Source: Anaerohalosphaeraceae bacterium (GTDB taxonomy: Bacteria; Planctomycetota; Phycisphaerae; Sedimentisphaerales; Anaerohalosphaeraceae). From it: 64,000 nucleotides of DNA. Made by a program: the position numbers and the translations under genes. The notes beneath the pieces are model-generated. The model worked only from the letters and a program-made list of their open reading frames with translations. It had not been told where the DNA came from and ran no database searches. Numbering within the stretch: the first letter of the stretch is position 1; each line of letters begins with the position of its first letter. The stretch lies in NCBI GenBank assembly GCA_050309605.1, contig JBNRMN010000033.1, forward strand, positions 64,001-128,000, read 5' to 3'. Below are positions 20,586 to 30,624 of the stretch, in pieces.

Positions 20586-21252
20586 CGATCATCCACAAGA
20601 AAATTGGTTGTGCCTGCTCTGGCAGCGAATAGGTCATATCGTTTCAGTCGGCATCTTGTCCATCCTGTACCGGGTACACATTTTCGGCAAAGAAAACGTG
20701 CCCCAAGACGGCCCCTTGCTGGTCGTCTGCAACCACCAGAGTTTTTTTGATCCGATGTTTTCACAGACATGGGTCTGGCGGCCGTTTTATTTTGTCCCGC
20801 GTCATACGCTGCTGCAAATCCCGTTCTGGGGACGCCTGATCCGATCATTTTTCGTCATTCCGATTCGACCGGGACAGGCGGACGTGGCGGCGATGAAAAC
20901 GATTATTAACTATCTCAAACAAGGCAAGGCGGTGTGTCTGTATCCCGAAGGTACGCGCACCTATGATGGACGCATTGGACAGGTCAAACCGGGTTTCGGA
21001 CTGATGAGCCGCCGCAGCGGGGCGTGTGTGCTGCCGGTGGTCATTGACGGGATGTTTGAAGCCTGGCCGCGCACACAAAAATACCCCCGACTCGGACGGG
21101 TGGGCGTGATGTACGGCAAGCCCTTCTCCGCCGAACAGATCAAAGCTCTCGGCGATGAGGCCTTTGCTGAAGAACTGACCATGACGCTCCGCCAAATGCA
21201 GGCCGAGCTTCGCGGCAAAATGGGTCGCGAACCGTTTGATTACGCCGAATAA
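20578..21252 (+). CDS. plsC: 1-acyl-sn-glycerol-3-phosphate acyltransferase
   Basis: NHQSFFD and YPEGTR motifs; follows cmk. Confidence 0.88.
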   Translation: MTDDHPQENWLCLLWQRIGHIVSVGILSILYRVHIFGKENVPQDGPLLVVCNHQSFFDPMFSQTWVWRPFYFVPRHTLLQIPFWGRLIRSFFVIPIRPGQADVAAMKTIINYLKQGKAVCLYPEGTRTYDGRIGQVKPGFGLMSRRSGACVLPVVIDGMFEAWPRTQKYPRLGRVGVMYGKPFSAEQIKALGDEAFAEELTMTLRQMQAELRGKMGREPFDYAE

Positions 21253-21254
21253 TC

Positions 21255-22286
21255 ATGCCATGTATCCTACAAGACAATGTGTATAACGCGCGTCAGCCGC
21301 GGAGTACTCGCAAATTGAAGGTTTGGCGTTACGCGGGGCTGATGCTGACTTATCGCTGCAACGCGGCCTGTCGGTTTTGCTATTACTATTGCGGCCCGCA
21401 GGCCGGGGGGGTGCTGCCGACCGAGACCGCGATGCAGGCCTGGGCGGCCCTGCGGCGGCTGGCCGGCCCGTCGGCCAAACTACATCTGACCGGCGGCGAG
21501 CCGTTCCTCGTGTTTGATCGCTTATTGGACATTTGTGAACAAGCTCAGCGCTGCGGGCTGGGCGGGGCCGATTACGTCGAGACCAATGCCGGCTGGGTCG
21601 GCGACGAAACCGAAACGCGCCGTCGTTTGCGGGCACTGGATGCAGCGGGGCTGAAACGACTGAAAATAAGCTGGGACATCTTTCATGCCGAATTCGTGCC
21701 GGCTGACAAGGTGCGTCTGCTGGTTCGGCTGGCTCAAGAGGAACTGGGTCCCGACCGGGTGCTCGTCCGGTGGCAGCACTGGTTGAATGCGCTTGACGAT
21801 ACGGCCGCCATGGGTGAATCTGAACGCCTGGCCGTGATGCGACAGGCCATGGCCGAAGAGGGGGGGCGATTCACCGGACGGGCCGCCGAGACGCTCGGGA
21901 CGCTCTGTGCCGATCAATCCCCTGATGAACTAATCGGACGACACTGCCAAAGGTCCATTCTCGGGGCCAAGGGCGTGCATATCGACCCGTACGGCAACGT
22001 CTTCAGCGGCCAGTGCAGCGGTATGGCCGTTGGCAACCTCCATACGACGGGGCTGGATGCCCTCTGGAAGGGGTTTGATCCGGAAGCCTCGGATTTCTGG
22101 AAAACCCTCTGCCAGGCAGGTCCCGGCGGATTTCTCGAACCGGCTGCGGTTCTCGGCTATACGCCGCAAGCTCGGTACGCCTCAAAATGTCACCTTTGTA
22201 CCGATATTCGCAGGTTTTTTTTTGACAAAGGCCGATATTTGTCGATAATCTGTCCAAATGAATGTTACGGAAAGCAAGGCGTCTGA
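21255..22286 (+). CDS. Radical SAM protein with C-terminal Cys cluster (SPASM/twitch-like)
   Basis: CNAACRFC, LTGGEPF, ETNAGW, IDPYGNVFSGQC, KCHLC. Confidence 0.88.
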   Translation: MPCILQDNVYNARQPRSTRKLKVWRYAGLMLTYRCNAACRFCYYYCGPQAGGVLPTETAMQAWAALRRLAGPSAKLHLTGGEPFLVFDRLLDICEQAQRCGLGGADYVETNAGWVGDETETRRRLRALDAAGLKRLKISWDIFHAEFVPADKVRLLVRLAQEELGPDRVLVRWQHWLNALDDTAAMGESERLAVMRQAMAEEGGRFTGRAAETLGTLCADQSPDELIGRHCQRSILGAKGVHIDPYGNVFSGQCSGMAVGNLHTTGLDALWKGFDPEASDFWKTLCQAGPGGFLEPAAVLGYTPQARYASKCHLCTDIRRFFFDKGRYLSIICPNECYGKQGV

Positions 22287-22341
22287 ACCTGTCGGTTTGT
22301 TGGAGTCGGGATTCAGTCGTCCAAGGTGATATCCATAGTGA

Positions 22342-23598
22342 ATGATAAGGCGGCACATTTTGGCCAATAGTGACACAACCAGCTTTGATACGCTCTTGGG
22401 GCGGATGGCAATCGACCAGCGGCTTTGTACCGAAGAGGAACTGCGTCATTGTGTCGAAGAAACCAAACAAAAAGCCGGTGATAGTCCCGTCACTCTGGAG
22501 CAGGTTCTGCTGCAAAAGCGCTATATTACTCCGAACCAACTGAATCGACTGAAGGCGAATATCAAGGAAAGCCGCGACACGGCGGGCCAGATTCCCGGCT
22601 ATAAGATCCTGGGCAAACTCGGCTCCGGCGCGATGGCGGTGGTCTATAAGGCCAAACAGCTATCGCTGGATCGCACGGTGGCGATCAAGGTGCTGCCCAA
22701 GAAATTCGTCCAGAAATCCGACTATGTCGAGCGGTTTTACAAAGAAGGCCGTCTGGCGGCCAAGATGAATCACAACAACATCGTCCAGGCCATCGATGTC
22801 GGCGAAGTGGGGGGGTTGTATTATTTTGTGATGGAGTATGTCGAGGGGCGAACGCTGTATGACGATTTGTCCCAGGGCAAAATTTTTGACGAACGCGAGG
22901 CGATTGACATCGTGATTCAGGTGGCCAGGGCACTGGGCCATGCCCATGCCCAGGGGCTGATTCACCGTGATGTCAAGCCCAAGAACATTATGATTAACAA
23001 AGACGGCGTGGTTAAACTGGCCGATATGGGGCTGGCCCGCGAGACCTCCGACATCAAGGCGGCCAAACACGAAAAGGGCAAGGCCTTCGGCACGCCGTAT
23101 TATATCGCCCCCGAACAGATTCGCGGCGAGGTGGATATCGACGGGCGGGCGGACATTTATTCGCTGGGCGGCACGTTGTTTCATATGGTCACCGGTCGGG
23201 TGCCGTTTGAGGCCGGCACGCCTTCGGAAGTGATGCGAAAACACCTCAAAGAGCCGCTCGTCCCGCCGGATCATATCAACACCGTCCTGTCAACGGGGAT
23301 TTCCGAGGTCATCGAGGTGATGATGGCCAAAGACCGAAACGAACGCTACAGCACCATGGACGAGGTCATCACCGACCTGGAAGCGGTCCGCGACGGCAAG
23401 CCCCCCCTGCGGGCACGCCAGAAATTCAACTTCGAGGCCCTGCGCGAACTGGAAGAGGGCGCCGCCATTCAAGTCTCCGAAGACGGCGTCAAGATGTACC
23501 CTGAAGAAATCGTCGCCAAATACCGCATTGCCGTGATCATCCTCGGCGCTGTCATTGGTGTGCTGCTGTTGATTATTCTCTTTATGGTGATGTCCTGA
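22342..23598 (+). CDS. Serine/threonine protein kinase with C-terminal TM anchor
   Basis: LGSGAMAVVYKA, VAIK, HRDVKPKN, DMGLA, GTPYYIAPEQ. Confidence 0.95.
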   Translation: MIRRHILANSDTTSFDTLLGRMAIDQRLCTEEELRHCVEETKQKAGDSPVTLEQVLLQKRYITPNQLNRLKANIKESRDTAGQIPGYKILGKLGSGAMAVVYKAKQLSLDRTVAIKVLPKKFVQKSDYVERFYKEGRLAAKMNHNNIVQAIDVGEVGGLYYFVMEYVEGRTLYDDLSQGKIFDEREAIDIVIQVARALGHAHAQGLIHRDVKPKNIMINKDGVVKLADMGLARETSDIKAAKHEKGKAFGTPYYIAPEQIRGEVDIDGRADIYSLGGTLFHMVTGRVPFEAGTPSEVMRKHLKEPLVPPDHINTVLSTGISEVIEVMMAKDRNERYSTMDEVITDLEAVRDGKPPLRARQKFNFEALRELEEGAAIQVSEDGVKMYPEEIVAKYRIAVIILGAVIGVLLLIILFMVMS

Positions 23599-23619
23599 CC
23601 GACCGCCGCCGGCCCGTTC

Positions 23620-24477
23620 TTATTGGGCATTGTCTTGGGTCTTTGTTTGGCGGTCGATGTATCGCGTATAGCGCCAGTCCATCGGCCCCAGTGTCCGGTC
23701 GATCAAGTCATAGAGTTCGGGGTCGTATTCTCTCAGTTTCTCACGGGTGTTGACGTGGTTGTGGACGCCGTCGGGGCCTTGTCGTCTGCTCTTTTGGTTG
23801 CAGTCAAAATAGCTCTGTACGCCCTCGGCCCAGTACTCGGCCGCATTCGTGCCGGCGTAAGTTCTTTCCCACAGTCCTTTGGCTCTGGCCTGGCGGTACA
23901 GGCGATCCAGCGTCTGCTGAAAGTCAGGCTCAAGTCGTCGCACGTTCGAATGGATACTGTGTGCAAACTCATGGATAAAAATGTTTTCGCCCCGGTATCG
24001 GTCGCCGCTGAGGTTGAGCAGATTTTCCTGGCCACAACTGACCAGACGGCGTCCGCCGTAGCCGCGCACACGACGATTTTGCCGAGCCGCTTCCTGCGGA
24101 TCGGCTTTGTAATACTCCGGAATTTCGGAGACTTCTTCATCGGCGCCGATGACGATCATGCGCGTGTTGCTGCGGCTCATCAGTTCCAGAAGATCCGGTC
24201 GGTTTTGCAATACATGGCCGATCAGATAGGCCGTTTCGTACAGGGCCTCATCGGCAACGTTTTCGGAACTGGTTACAGCGATGCCGTCGGCGTCCAGATA
24301 TTTTTTGTAAAATGGATTGAGGCGATACCGTTGAACGATTGATTCCGGAGGAGAGGTCACCGCTTTTTTGGGGGTCTCGGAGTTCTCAGGTTTGCTGCCG
24401 GTCGCCCCAAGTGGAACCTGAAACAAAGAAATCGACACCCATAACCCAAAAATCCACAGCGTTGTGCCTTTGATCAT
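23620..24477 (-). CDS. Secreted zincin-like putative metallopeptidase
   Basis: Signal peptide, HEFAH motif, downstream EYWAEG. Confidence 0.7.
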   Translation of the reverse strand: MIKGTTLWIFGLWVSISLFQVPLGATGSKPENSETPKKAVTSPPESIVQRYRLNPFYKKYLDADGIAVTSSENVADEALYETAYLIGHVLQNRPDLLELMSRSNTRMIVIGADEEVSEIPEYYKADPQEAARQNRRVRGYGGRRLVSCGQENLLNLSGDRYRGENIFIHEFAHSIHSNVRRLEPDFQQTLDRLYRQARAKGLWERTYAGTNAAEYWAEGVQSYFDCNQKSRRQGPDGVHNHVNTREKLREYDPELYDLIDRTLGPMDWRYTRYIDRQTKTQDNAQ

Positions 24478-24756
24478 AGCCGCCCTTTCCGTTGAGATTG
24501 TTCGATGCGGTCGTCCGCAGTGGTACTTTGATCTCCAATTGAACTTCTGATGGACCGTTACGTCAATTACTTTTCTGAAAAACTGTTCTGAATAGATCGC
24601 AACTTCTTATATTTTATCCATTTATCGAAATTCAAGCGCCGGGGTTTTCGGGCTGATGTTAAGCCATTGAGCCGGTTTTTCCTCCTCGAAACGACAAAAA
24701 CTGTTTACAGATTCACCCCGGCCGGATACCTTTGAGCATATAGACTCGATACTCGA

Positions 24757-25419
24757 ATGACCTCAGAGAAATACAGGACAATGCAAGACGACAATGCGCC
24801 CAGGCTGGATTGGTTTGCGATTGCCAGAGAACTCAAGACGATTTCGCAGGCGGGCAAGTTTTTTGCCAAGGATGATTACGAACGCAAACGGCACGAGGAC
24901 ATTGAGGCGATTTGTGCGCGAATCGTCGCCGGCTACACTGAATCTTCGGTCGGTGATGCGCTGCGGCTGCTGCAGCAGGACAGCGGCTATCCGACGCCGA
25001 AGGTCGATTGCCGCGGCGTGGCCTTTCGCGACGACAAGGTACTGCTCGTGCTTGAACGCGAAGACGGCGGCTGGACGCTGCCGGGCGGGTGGTGCGATCA
25101 GGGGCTGACCCCCGCCCAGAACGTTGCACGTGAGTTTTGGGAAGAAAGCGGCTACGAGGTGCGCGTCATCCGTCCGCTGGCGGTTTACGACCGCGATAAT
25201 CAGGGCCACACGCCGCCGTATTTGTTCAGCATCTACAAGCTGTTCTTTTTGTGCGAGATCACCGGCGGGTCGCCCCAATCCAGCAGCGAAACCAGCGATG
25301 TGCGATTCTTCGGGATGGACGACATTCCGCCGCTGTCCAAGGGCCGCACCCTTGAACGACAGCTCCATCGCTTTTATGAACAATACAAAACCGGCGATCT
25401 GACCGTCGATTTTGATTAG
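24757..25419 (+). CDS. NUDIX hydrolase with N-terminal extension
   Basis: GYPTPKVDCRG; Nudix box LPGGWCDQGLTPAQNVAREFWEESG. Confidence 0.92.
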   Translation: MTSEKYRTMQDDNAPRLDWFAIARELKTISQAGKFFAKDDYERKRHEDIEAICARIVAGYTESSVGDALRLLQQDSGYPTPKVDCRGVAFRDDKVLLVLEREDGGWTLPGGWCDQGLTPAQNVAREFWEESGYEVRVIRPLAVYDRDNQGHTPPYLFSIYKLFFLCEITGGSPQSSSETSDVRFFGMDDIPPLSKGRTLERQLHRFYEQYKTGDLTVDFD

Positions 25420-25451
25420 TCCGCAACGGGTGTTTAATCCGGAGTTGCCCT

Positions 25452-26678
25452 ATGTTTTATCGCCGTTCGATTCTATGGAAAGTCGCGGCCCTGCTGGTTG
25501 TCGGCATCGGCGCAAGTTGGACCGCCGCTGAAACCGATTTGCCCGAAACCATTGGTCCCTATCTGCAGCATCCCGGTACGGATCGAATGACCGTGTGTTT
25601 TCTGACGCGCCATGCCGAATACGTCGAGGCACATTATCAGCCGACAGCCGGCGGGCAGAGACGACAGGTTCAACCGACGGCTCAGGCGATTGACGGGACG
25701 CCCTGGACCGTCTGGAAGGCCGCACTGACGAATCTTGAGCCGGAGACCGTTTATGCGTATGAGCTGGTCTATCGTACCAGCGACCGGCAAGGGCGGACGC
25801 CGTCTTTGCGTTTCAGGACGCTGTCTGAACAATCCGAGACGATTAAAGCCGCCTTCTTCAACGACCTGCACAGCCGGCCGGATACGCTCAAGGCCCTGAT
25901 GGAGCACGTCGGGCCGGAGGATTTTGAATTTTCGGTGTTGATGGGCGACTGCTGGCAGGACCCCTCGTCGGCCAATGGGGCCGAGGCGGTATTTGCTGTA
26001 TTGAATGACTATGTCCGCCTGCTGCAAGCCGGTGAAAAGCCAATGCTTTATATTCGCGGCAACCACGAGGTCCGCGGGACGTTTGCCGCCTCAATGGCGT
26101 ATTTGTTCGATCTGCCGATGCTGGATCCGACGGCCGCACTGGGTGAACAGGCGCATCAGTTTGCATTGACGGCCGGGCCGATACGGCTGATCGCGCTGGA
26201 TACGGGGGAGGATTTTGATAAACGGGCTGACCTCTTTGAGCCGATGCGCCGTCGGCAGGTCGGCTGGCTGAAGCGGATTCTGAACACCGATCATGCCGCG
26301 ACCTGGCAGATTCTGGCAACACATCAGCCGCTTTACAACACGACCATCTGGTATTCTGAAGCGTCCCGGGCACTGTGGGAACCGATGTTGGCCGAAGCGG
26401 AGATTGATATCGCACTGGCCGGGCATGACCATCGCTGGAAACATCTCTCTGCCGGCGAGCGTTTTGAGGTTAGCCTGAGCCAAGAGGACGCCAAACGGCA
26501 TATCGGCACTGCCGGTGTCTTTTCTCTGCACGTGCCCTGGCCGATCCTTATCGGCGGCGGCCCGGCGGTTAATCAGGCGACTGTGATGCTGCTCAACGCC
26601 GACAAGCAAACGCTGCAAATCCGTCTGCTGGCCGCGGCTGACGGAAAGACGCTGACCGAAATCACCCTGGACAAATAA
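25452..26678 (+). CDS. Secreted metallophosphoesterase (purple acid phosphatase-like with FN3 N-domain)
   Basis: GPYLQ, NDLH, MGD, RGNHE, AGHDH; signal peptide. Confidence 0.88.
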   Translation: MFYRRSILWKVAALLVVGIGASWTAAETDLPETIGPYLQHPGTDRMTVCFLTRHAEYVEAHYQPTAGGQRRQVQPTAQAIDGTPWTVWKAALTNLEPETVYAYELVYRTSDRQGRTPSLRFRTLSEQSETIKAAFFNDLHSRPDTLKALMEHVGPEDFEFSVLMGDCWQDPSSANGAEAVFAVLNDYVRLLQAGEKPMLYIRGNHEVRGTFAASMAYLFDLPMLDPTAALGEQAHQFALTAGPIRLIALDTGEDFDKRADLFEPMRRRQVGWLKRILNTDHAATWQILATHQPLYNTTIWYSEASRALWEPMLAEAEIDIALAGHDHRWKHLSAGERFEVSLSQEDAKRHIGTAGVFSLHVPWPILIGGGPAVNQATVMLLNADKQTLQIRLLAAADGKTLTEITLDK

Positions 26679-26758
26679 CACAGCACCGCCGTTTTGTGCG
26701 ATGGAGGGTTCACAAAATCAGAGCACAAAACGTTGCCTGAACAGCAGGAGAGCGGTTC

Positions 26759-28351
26759 TTATTCTTCATGTTCCGGCTCCAGTATATCTATCGGCCAGAA
26801 GACGATATCATCGCACTTGTTTTGCGGATCATAGCGTCCGGCGTCATCGACGGCATTGGCGCCGATACTGTACAGTATAAATCCTTTGTCGGTTGGACGA
26901 TAGGCAAAATCAGCCTCGCTGACCGGATCGAGCAATGTCGCCGGTGCAAGTTTGCCTTGCACTTGCGACAGATGCGCCGGCCAGCGGTTATGTTGCAGAA
27001 AAAATCGCCGCAGCTCGGCGCTGAGGGCGGTGACTCGGCTCAGTGCGATATGCCGTTTATACTGGCCGTCCAGTGCGATGTAATAACTCATCTGCTGTCG
27101 CGCCAGCCAATCGACCGCTCCGCCGGGGTTCAGCCCGAATCGCCAGGCGTATTGAACCGGCAGTACCGGCGCCGGTGTGCCGCGACGGGCCAGGTCAGAA
27201 AATCGGTCAAAACGCCGTTCAATCAGTCGGGCCGCACTGTCCGGCGAAAAGGGGATACTCAGCCACAGCATCAGGGCCGTGGTGCGTCCCACGATGTCCT
27301 GATGCAGCCCGGCCGGTATCGGATAACCCAGCCCCTGTCCGAGCGACACAATCGCGCTGCGATGAATTCGCGTTCGTCCGTTTTCGTCGATTTCATACAG
27401 CAGGGCAGCGATGTTTTTGGCGATGAGCTTTTCATGCTCGACCACACCTTCCCAAATGTCAGGCCAGTTCGGCTCAAGTTGCTCCATGGCCGCAAGCACT
27501 GTATTCAGATCGTTCGGGTCTTTGGCATAGTCGAGGATATACCGCCGCAGCGCGCGAGCGGCGCCGACCTCAACGGAAAACGCCGCGGCCTGATCAAACA
27601 GCGTCTGCTGCTGGTACAAGTGCCGAGCTATCCCGACAACCGTCAGCATTTTCTCCAGGGCGTCCTCGTGTCTGTCAGCCTGAAGGTCTCGGTTGGCCGA
27701 GCGAATCAACAGATTCCGCCAGCCTTTGAGCTGATTGAGTCGCCGCAATTGCGTTCGCACATCCAGCACATCCGAGGCCACCGGAAACCGGCACTGATCC
27801 ATTGCCGCTGCCTCGGCCAGCACCTCAAAGGCCGGCTCAAACACGCTGAGCCACTCGGCGACATAAGGAAATGCTTCTGCGCACCACGGCTCGGCAAGTG
27901 TTTGCCCCGCCACCTCATCGCTGAAGGGGCGAGGCTCGAAAATATCGTCATCGTATTCGGATAAAACCCGGCTGTATAAAATTGCCGCGTTGGGCGCTCC
28001 TTCGATGCGGCGCTGTTGCAGCAGGCGGGCAAAATCCGTATCAAACCGATAGGTTCGCCATCGCGCCGTATCCTGCTGCGGCAGATGCACCCACACGGCC
28101 AATCCGATGACGACGGCCGTCATCGCCGCCCAGCACCACGGCTGAACGCGGCGGGGAGCGAAGATGCCCACGACCGGAACCACCGCCAAACACGCCAGAA
28201 TCTTCCACGGCAGCGAAAAAAACAGTCCCGCCAAAAACAAAATAGAAAAGACCGCCACCGCCAGCCACCGCAGCCCCCACAACAGCCATTTCCAGGCATG
28301 ATAGACTGACTTGAGGAATTGTTTGGCTGTTTGCATGGTCATAGGAAACAC
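26759..28351 (-). CDS. Hypothetical membrane protein: three N-terminal TMs plus a helical extracytoplasmic domain
   Basis: NAAILY motif and C-terminal DPVS..FAY..FILYSIGANAVDD..DDIVFW. Confidence 0.7.
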   Translation of the reverse strand: MFPMTMQTAKQFLKSVYHAWKWLLWGLRWLAVAVFSILFLAGLFFSLPWKILACLAVVPVVGIFAPRRVQPWCWAAMTAVVIGLAVWVHLPQQDTARWRTYRFDTDFARLLQQRRIEGAPNAAILYSRVLSEYDDDIFEPRPFSDEVAGQTLAEPWCAEAFPYVAEWLSVFEPAFEVLAEAAAMDQCRFPVASDVLDVRTQLRRLNQLKGWRNLLIRSANRDLQADRHEDALEKMLTVVGIARHLYQQQTLFDQAAAFSVEVGAARALRRYILDYAKDPNDLNTVLAAMEQLEPNWPDIWEGVVEHEKLIAKNIAALLYEIDENGRTRIHRSAIVSLGQGLGYPIPAGLHQDIVGRTTALMLWLSIPFSPDSAARLIERRFDRFSDLARRGTPAPVLPVQYAWRFGLNPGGAVDWLARQQMSYYIALDGQYKRHIALSRVTALSAELRRFFLQHNRWPAHLSQVQGKLAPATLLDPVSEADFAYRPTDKGFILYSIGANAVDDAGRYDPQNKCDDIVFWPIDILEPEHEE

Positions 28352-28373
28352 GGCGCTCCTGTCGATTGGGCTG

Positions 28374-28832
28374 TCATTCCATCCGAATCTTGACGACGAT
28401 TTTTTTGACGCGACAGGGAGTGTCCACTATCCGGCAGGGCATATGCGGCTCATGGGGCCAGAAGATCGCAAACAGCCCCGGCCTGAGCACCAGTCGGCTG
28501 TACTGCGGCGGCGACTGATAAAACGCAATGTCTTTCTGTTCGTCGTAAGGTTGTGCCTCAACCAGCCCGTCCAGCGGGGTATAGCCGATATACTCTGCCC
28601 CGCTGACAAGAGCCTGAATGTCCAGGTATTTGCGATGAATCTCAAGCCGCCCTTCGTTGACGGGTTGGGTCTCGTATTCATCCACCGCAAAAAAGATGTC
28701 ATCCCCCTGCACCGCATACCGCCCCGGCGGCGATTGCAGCACACGCTCTTCATTCAGCAGCGCCAGCCCAATCGCAATCCGCTCGCCCAATCCGCCGTAC
28801 AGCAACGCACTGTCAATTTGATCGAGTATCAT
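28374..28832 (-). CDS. YhcH/YjgK/YiaL family protein
   Basis: MILD start, LEIHRKYLDIQ, YDEQKDIAF, IFWPHEPHMP, KKIVVKI; the ORF extension to 28964 is translated repeat DNA. Confidence 0.9.
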   Translation of the reverse strand: MILDQIDSALLYGGLGERIAIGLALLNEERVLQSPPGRYAVQGDDIFFAVDEYETQPVNEGRLEIHRKYLDIQALVSGAEYIGYTPLDGLVEAQPYDEQKDIAFYQSPPQYSRLVLRPGLFAIFWPHEPHMPCRIVDTPCRVKKIVVKIRME

Positions 28833-28860
28833 ATGTTTCCCTATAGTGTCATTCCCGTGC

Positions 28861-28941
28861 CAATACTGTGCACGAATGACAGTACTGTGTACCCATAACA
28901 ATACCGTGTACCATAATACTGTGTAACACAATACTGTGTAC
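28861..28941. repeat. Five degenerate direct repeats of CAATACTGTGTAC
   Basis: Copies start at 28861, 28880, 28899, 28914 and 28929 (spacing 19, 19, 15, 15). Confidence 0.8.
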
Positions 28942-28975
28942 CGACAACACAACCCAACGGCCATGACACAACGAA

Positions 28976-30556
28976 CTATAAATCCAGCTTGTCCCGCAAA
29001 AAGGATTTGACCTGATCGAGCGCGATACGGGATTGCTGCATACTGTCGCGTTCACGGACGGTCACGGTGTTGTCTTCTTTCGTCTGGCCGTCGATGGTTA
29101 GACAATAGGGCGTGCCGGCCTCGTCCTGACGGCGGTAGCGGCGGCCCACGGCGCCCTTTTCATCGTAGAAGCAATTAAAATGCGCCTTGAGGTCATTATA
29201 CAAATTCTTTGCGATGTCCGGCAGGCCGTCTTTTTTGACCAGCGGGAAGATGGCTGCCTTGATCGGCGCCAGATGCGGATGAAACCGCATCACGTTTCGC
29301 GTCTCGCCGTTGACTTCCTCTTCGTCGTAGGCATCGACCAAAAACGCCAGCGTGCTGCGATCGACACCGGCGGATGGTTCAATGACATACGGCACGTAGC
29401 GATCGCGCGTCTCTTCTTCGAAATACGACAGCGGACCTTTGAGGTAGTCCTCGGCCTCGTCTTTGAGCGTGATCTTGGTCAGGTCGCCTTTCTGTTCGAA
29501 CCAATCGTTCATCGTGCGTATGCCGCGCTGGTGCTGCCGCAGGTCGTAATCGGTGCGGTTGGCAATGCCTTCCAGCTCCTGCCAGTCGCCGGAGCCGAAG
29601 GGAAATTTATACTCCACATCCACGCACGCCTTGGCGTAGTGAGCCAGCTCATCCGGATCGTGGTCGCGGAATCGCAGGTTGTCTTTCTTGATACCCAGAT
29701 TCAGATACCAGTTGAACCGCTGCTGTTTCCAGTGGTCGTACCATTCTTCGTCGCTGCCCGGCTTGCAGAAAAACTCCAGCTCGGCCTGTTCAAACTCGCG
29801 CGTGCGGAAGATAAACGCCTTGGTCGTTACCTCGTTGCGGAAGGATTTGCCGATCTGGGCGATGCCGAATGGAATCTTGACGCGCGACGAATCGAGCACA
29901 TTGCGAAAGTTCACGAAAATGCCCTGCGCCGTTTCCGGCCTGAGAAACAGCGTCATTGTATCATCGACGTTGGCGCCCATCTGCGTCTCGAACATCAGTC
30001 GAAAGGCCATCGGCCTGGAAAACTGTCCCACCGCCCCGCAGGCCGGGCAGACTTTATTGGACAGGTTGTGTTCCTTGGCCGCTTCCACCTCGATATCGAC
30101 GTGTTCGGTGTCCTGTGCCTTTCGGCTGATGTCGTCGATTAATTCTCCTGTATCTATTAACCCTTGGCTCACAGATTGTTCAGGGAGAGGGTTGAGATGT
30201 TGTAGGACTTCTTTTGTGCGTTGTATAGTTACGTCGCTTTCGGCCAGATGATCGACGCGGGTGCGGGTGTTGCACTTTTTGCATACCGTCACCAGGTCGG
30301 CGAACTTGTCGGCGTGGCCGGAGGCCTTCCACACCATCGGGTGCATCAAAATCGCGCAATCCAGTCCCACTACGTCGTCGCGCATCTGCACGACCGCCTT
30401 CCACCACGCGGCTCGGACGTTGCGTTTCAGCTCCACGCCCAGCGGGCCGTAGTCATAACAGGCCGCCAGACCGCCGTAAATCTCGCTCGATTGAAAAATA
30501 AATCCCCGCCGCTTGCACAGCGACACAATATCATCCAGTCGGGTCAATTTCGCCAT
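28976..30556 (-). CDS. glyQS: Glycine--tRNA ligase, homodimeric type
   Basis: LCKRRGFIFQSSEIYGG, LRPETAQGIF, GKSFRNE, FRTREFEQ, GRRYRRQDEAGTP. Confidence 0.96.
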   Translation of the reverse strand: MAKLTRLDDIVSLCKRRGFIFQSSEIYGGLAACYDYGPLGVELKRNVRAAWWKAVVQMRDDVVGLDCAILMHPMVWKASGHADKFADLVTVCKKCNTRTRVDHLAESDVTIQRTKEVLQHLNPLPEQSVSQGLIDTGELIDDISRKAQDTEHVDIEVEAAKEHNLSNKVCPACGAVGQFSRPMAFRLMFETQMGANVDDTMTLFLRPETAQGIFVNFRNVLDSSRVKIPFGIAQIGKSFRNEVTTKAFIFRTREFEQAELEFFCKPGSDEEWYDHWKQQRFNWYLNLGIKKDNLRFRDHDPDELAHYAKACVDVEYKFPFGSGDWQELEGIANRTDYDLRQHQRGIRTMNDWFEQKGDLTKITLKDEAEDYLKGPLSYFEEETRDRYVPYVIEPSAGVDRSTLAFLVDAYDEEEVNGETRNVMRFHPHLAPIKAAIFPLVKKDGLPDIAKNLYNDLKAHFNCFYDEKGAVGRRYRRQDEAGTPYCLTIDGQTKEDNTVTVRERDSMQQSRIALDQVKSFLRDKLDL

Positions 30557-30624
30557 AACCAATTTCCTGTGAACAAATAAGCATTAATAAGCGTCTGTTG
30601 TTTTTCACCTCATAAAAATACCAA

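Noticed and set aside
28861..28941. CRISPR array or LexA box
   Set aside because: Units are 13 bp with 2-6 bp gaps and there are no cas genes; the CTGT-N9-ACAG spacing differs from the canonical N8 SOS box.
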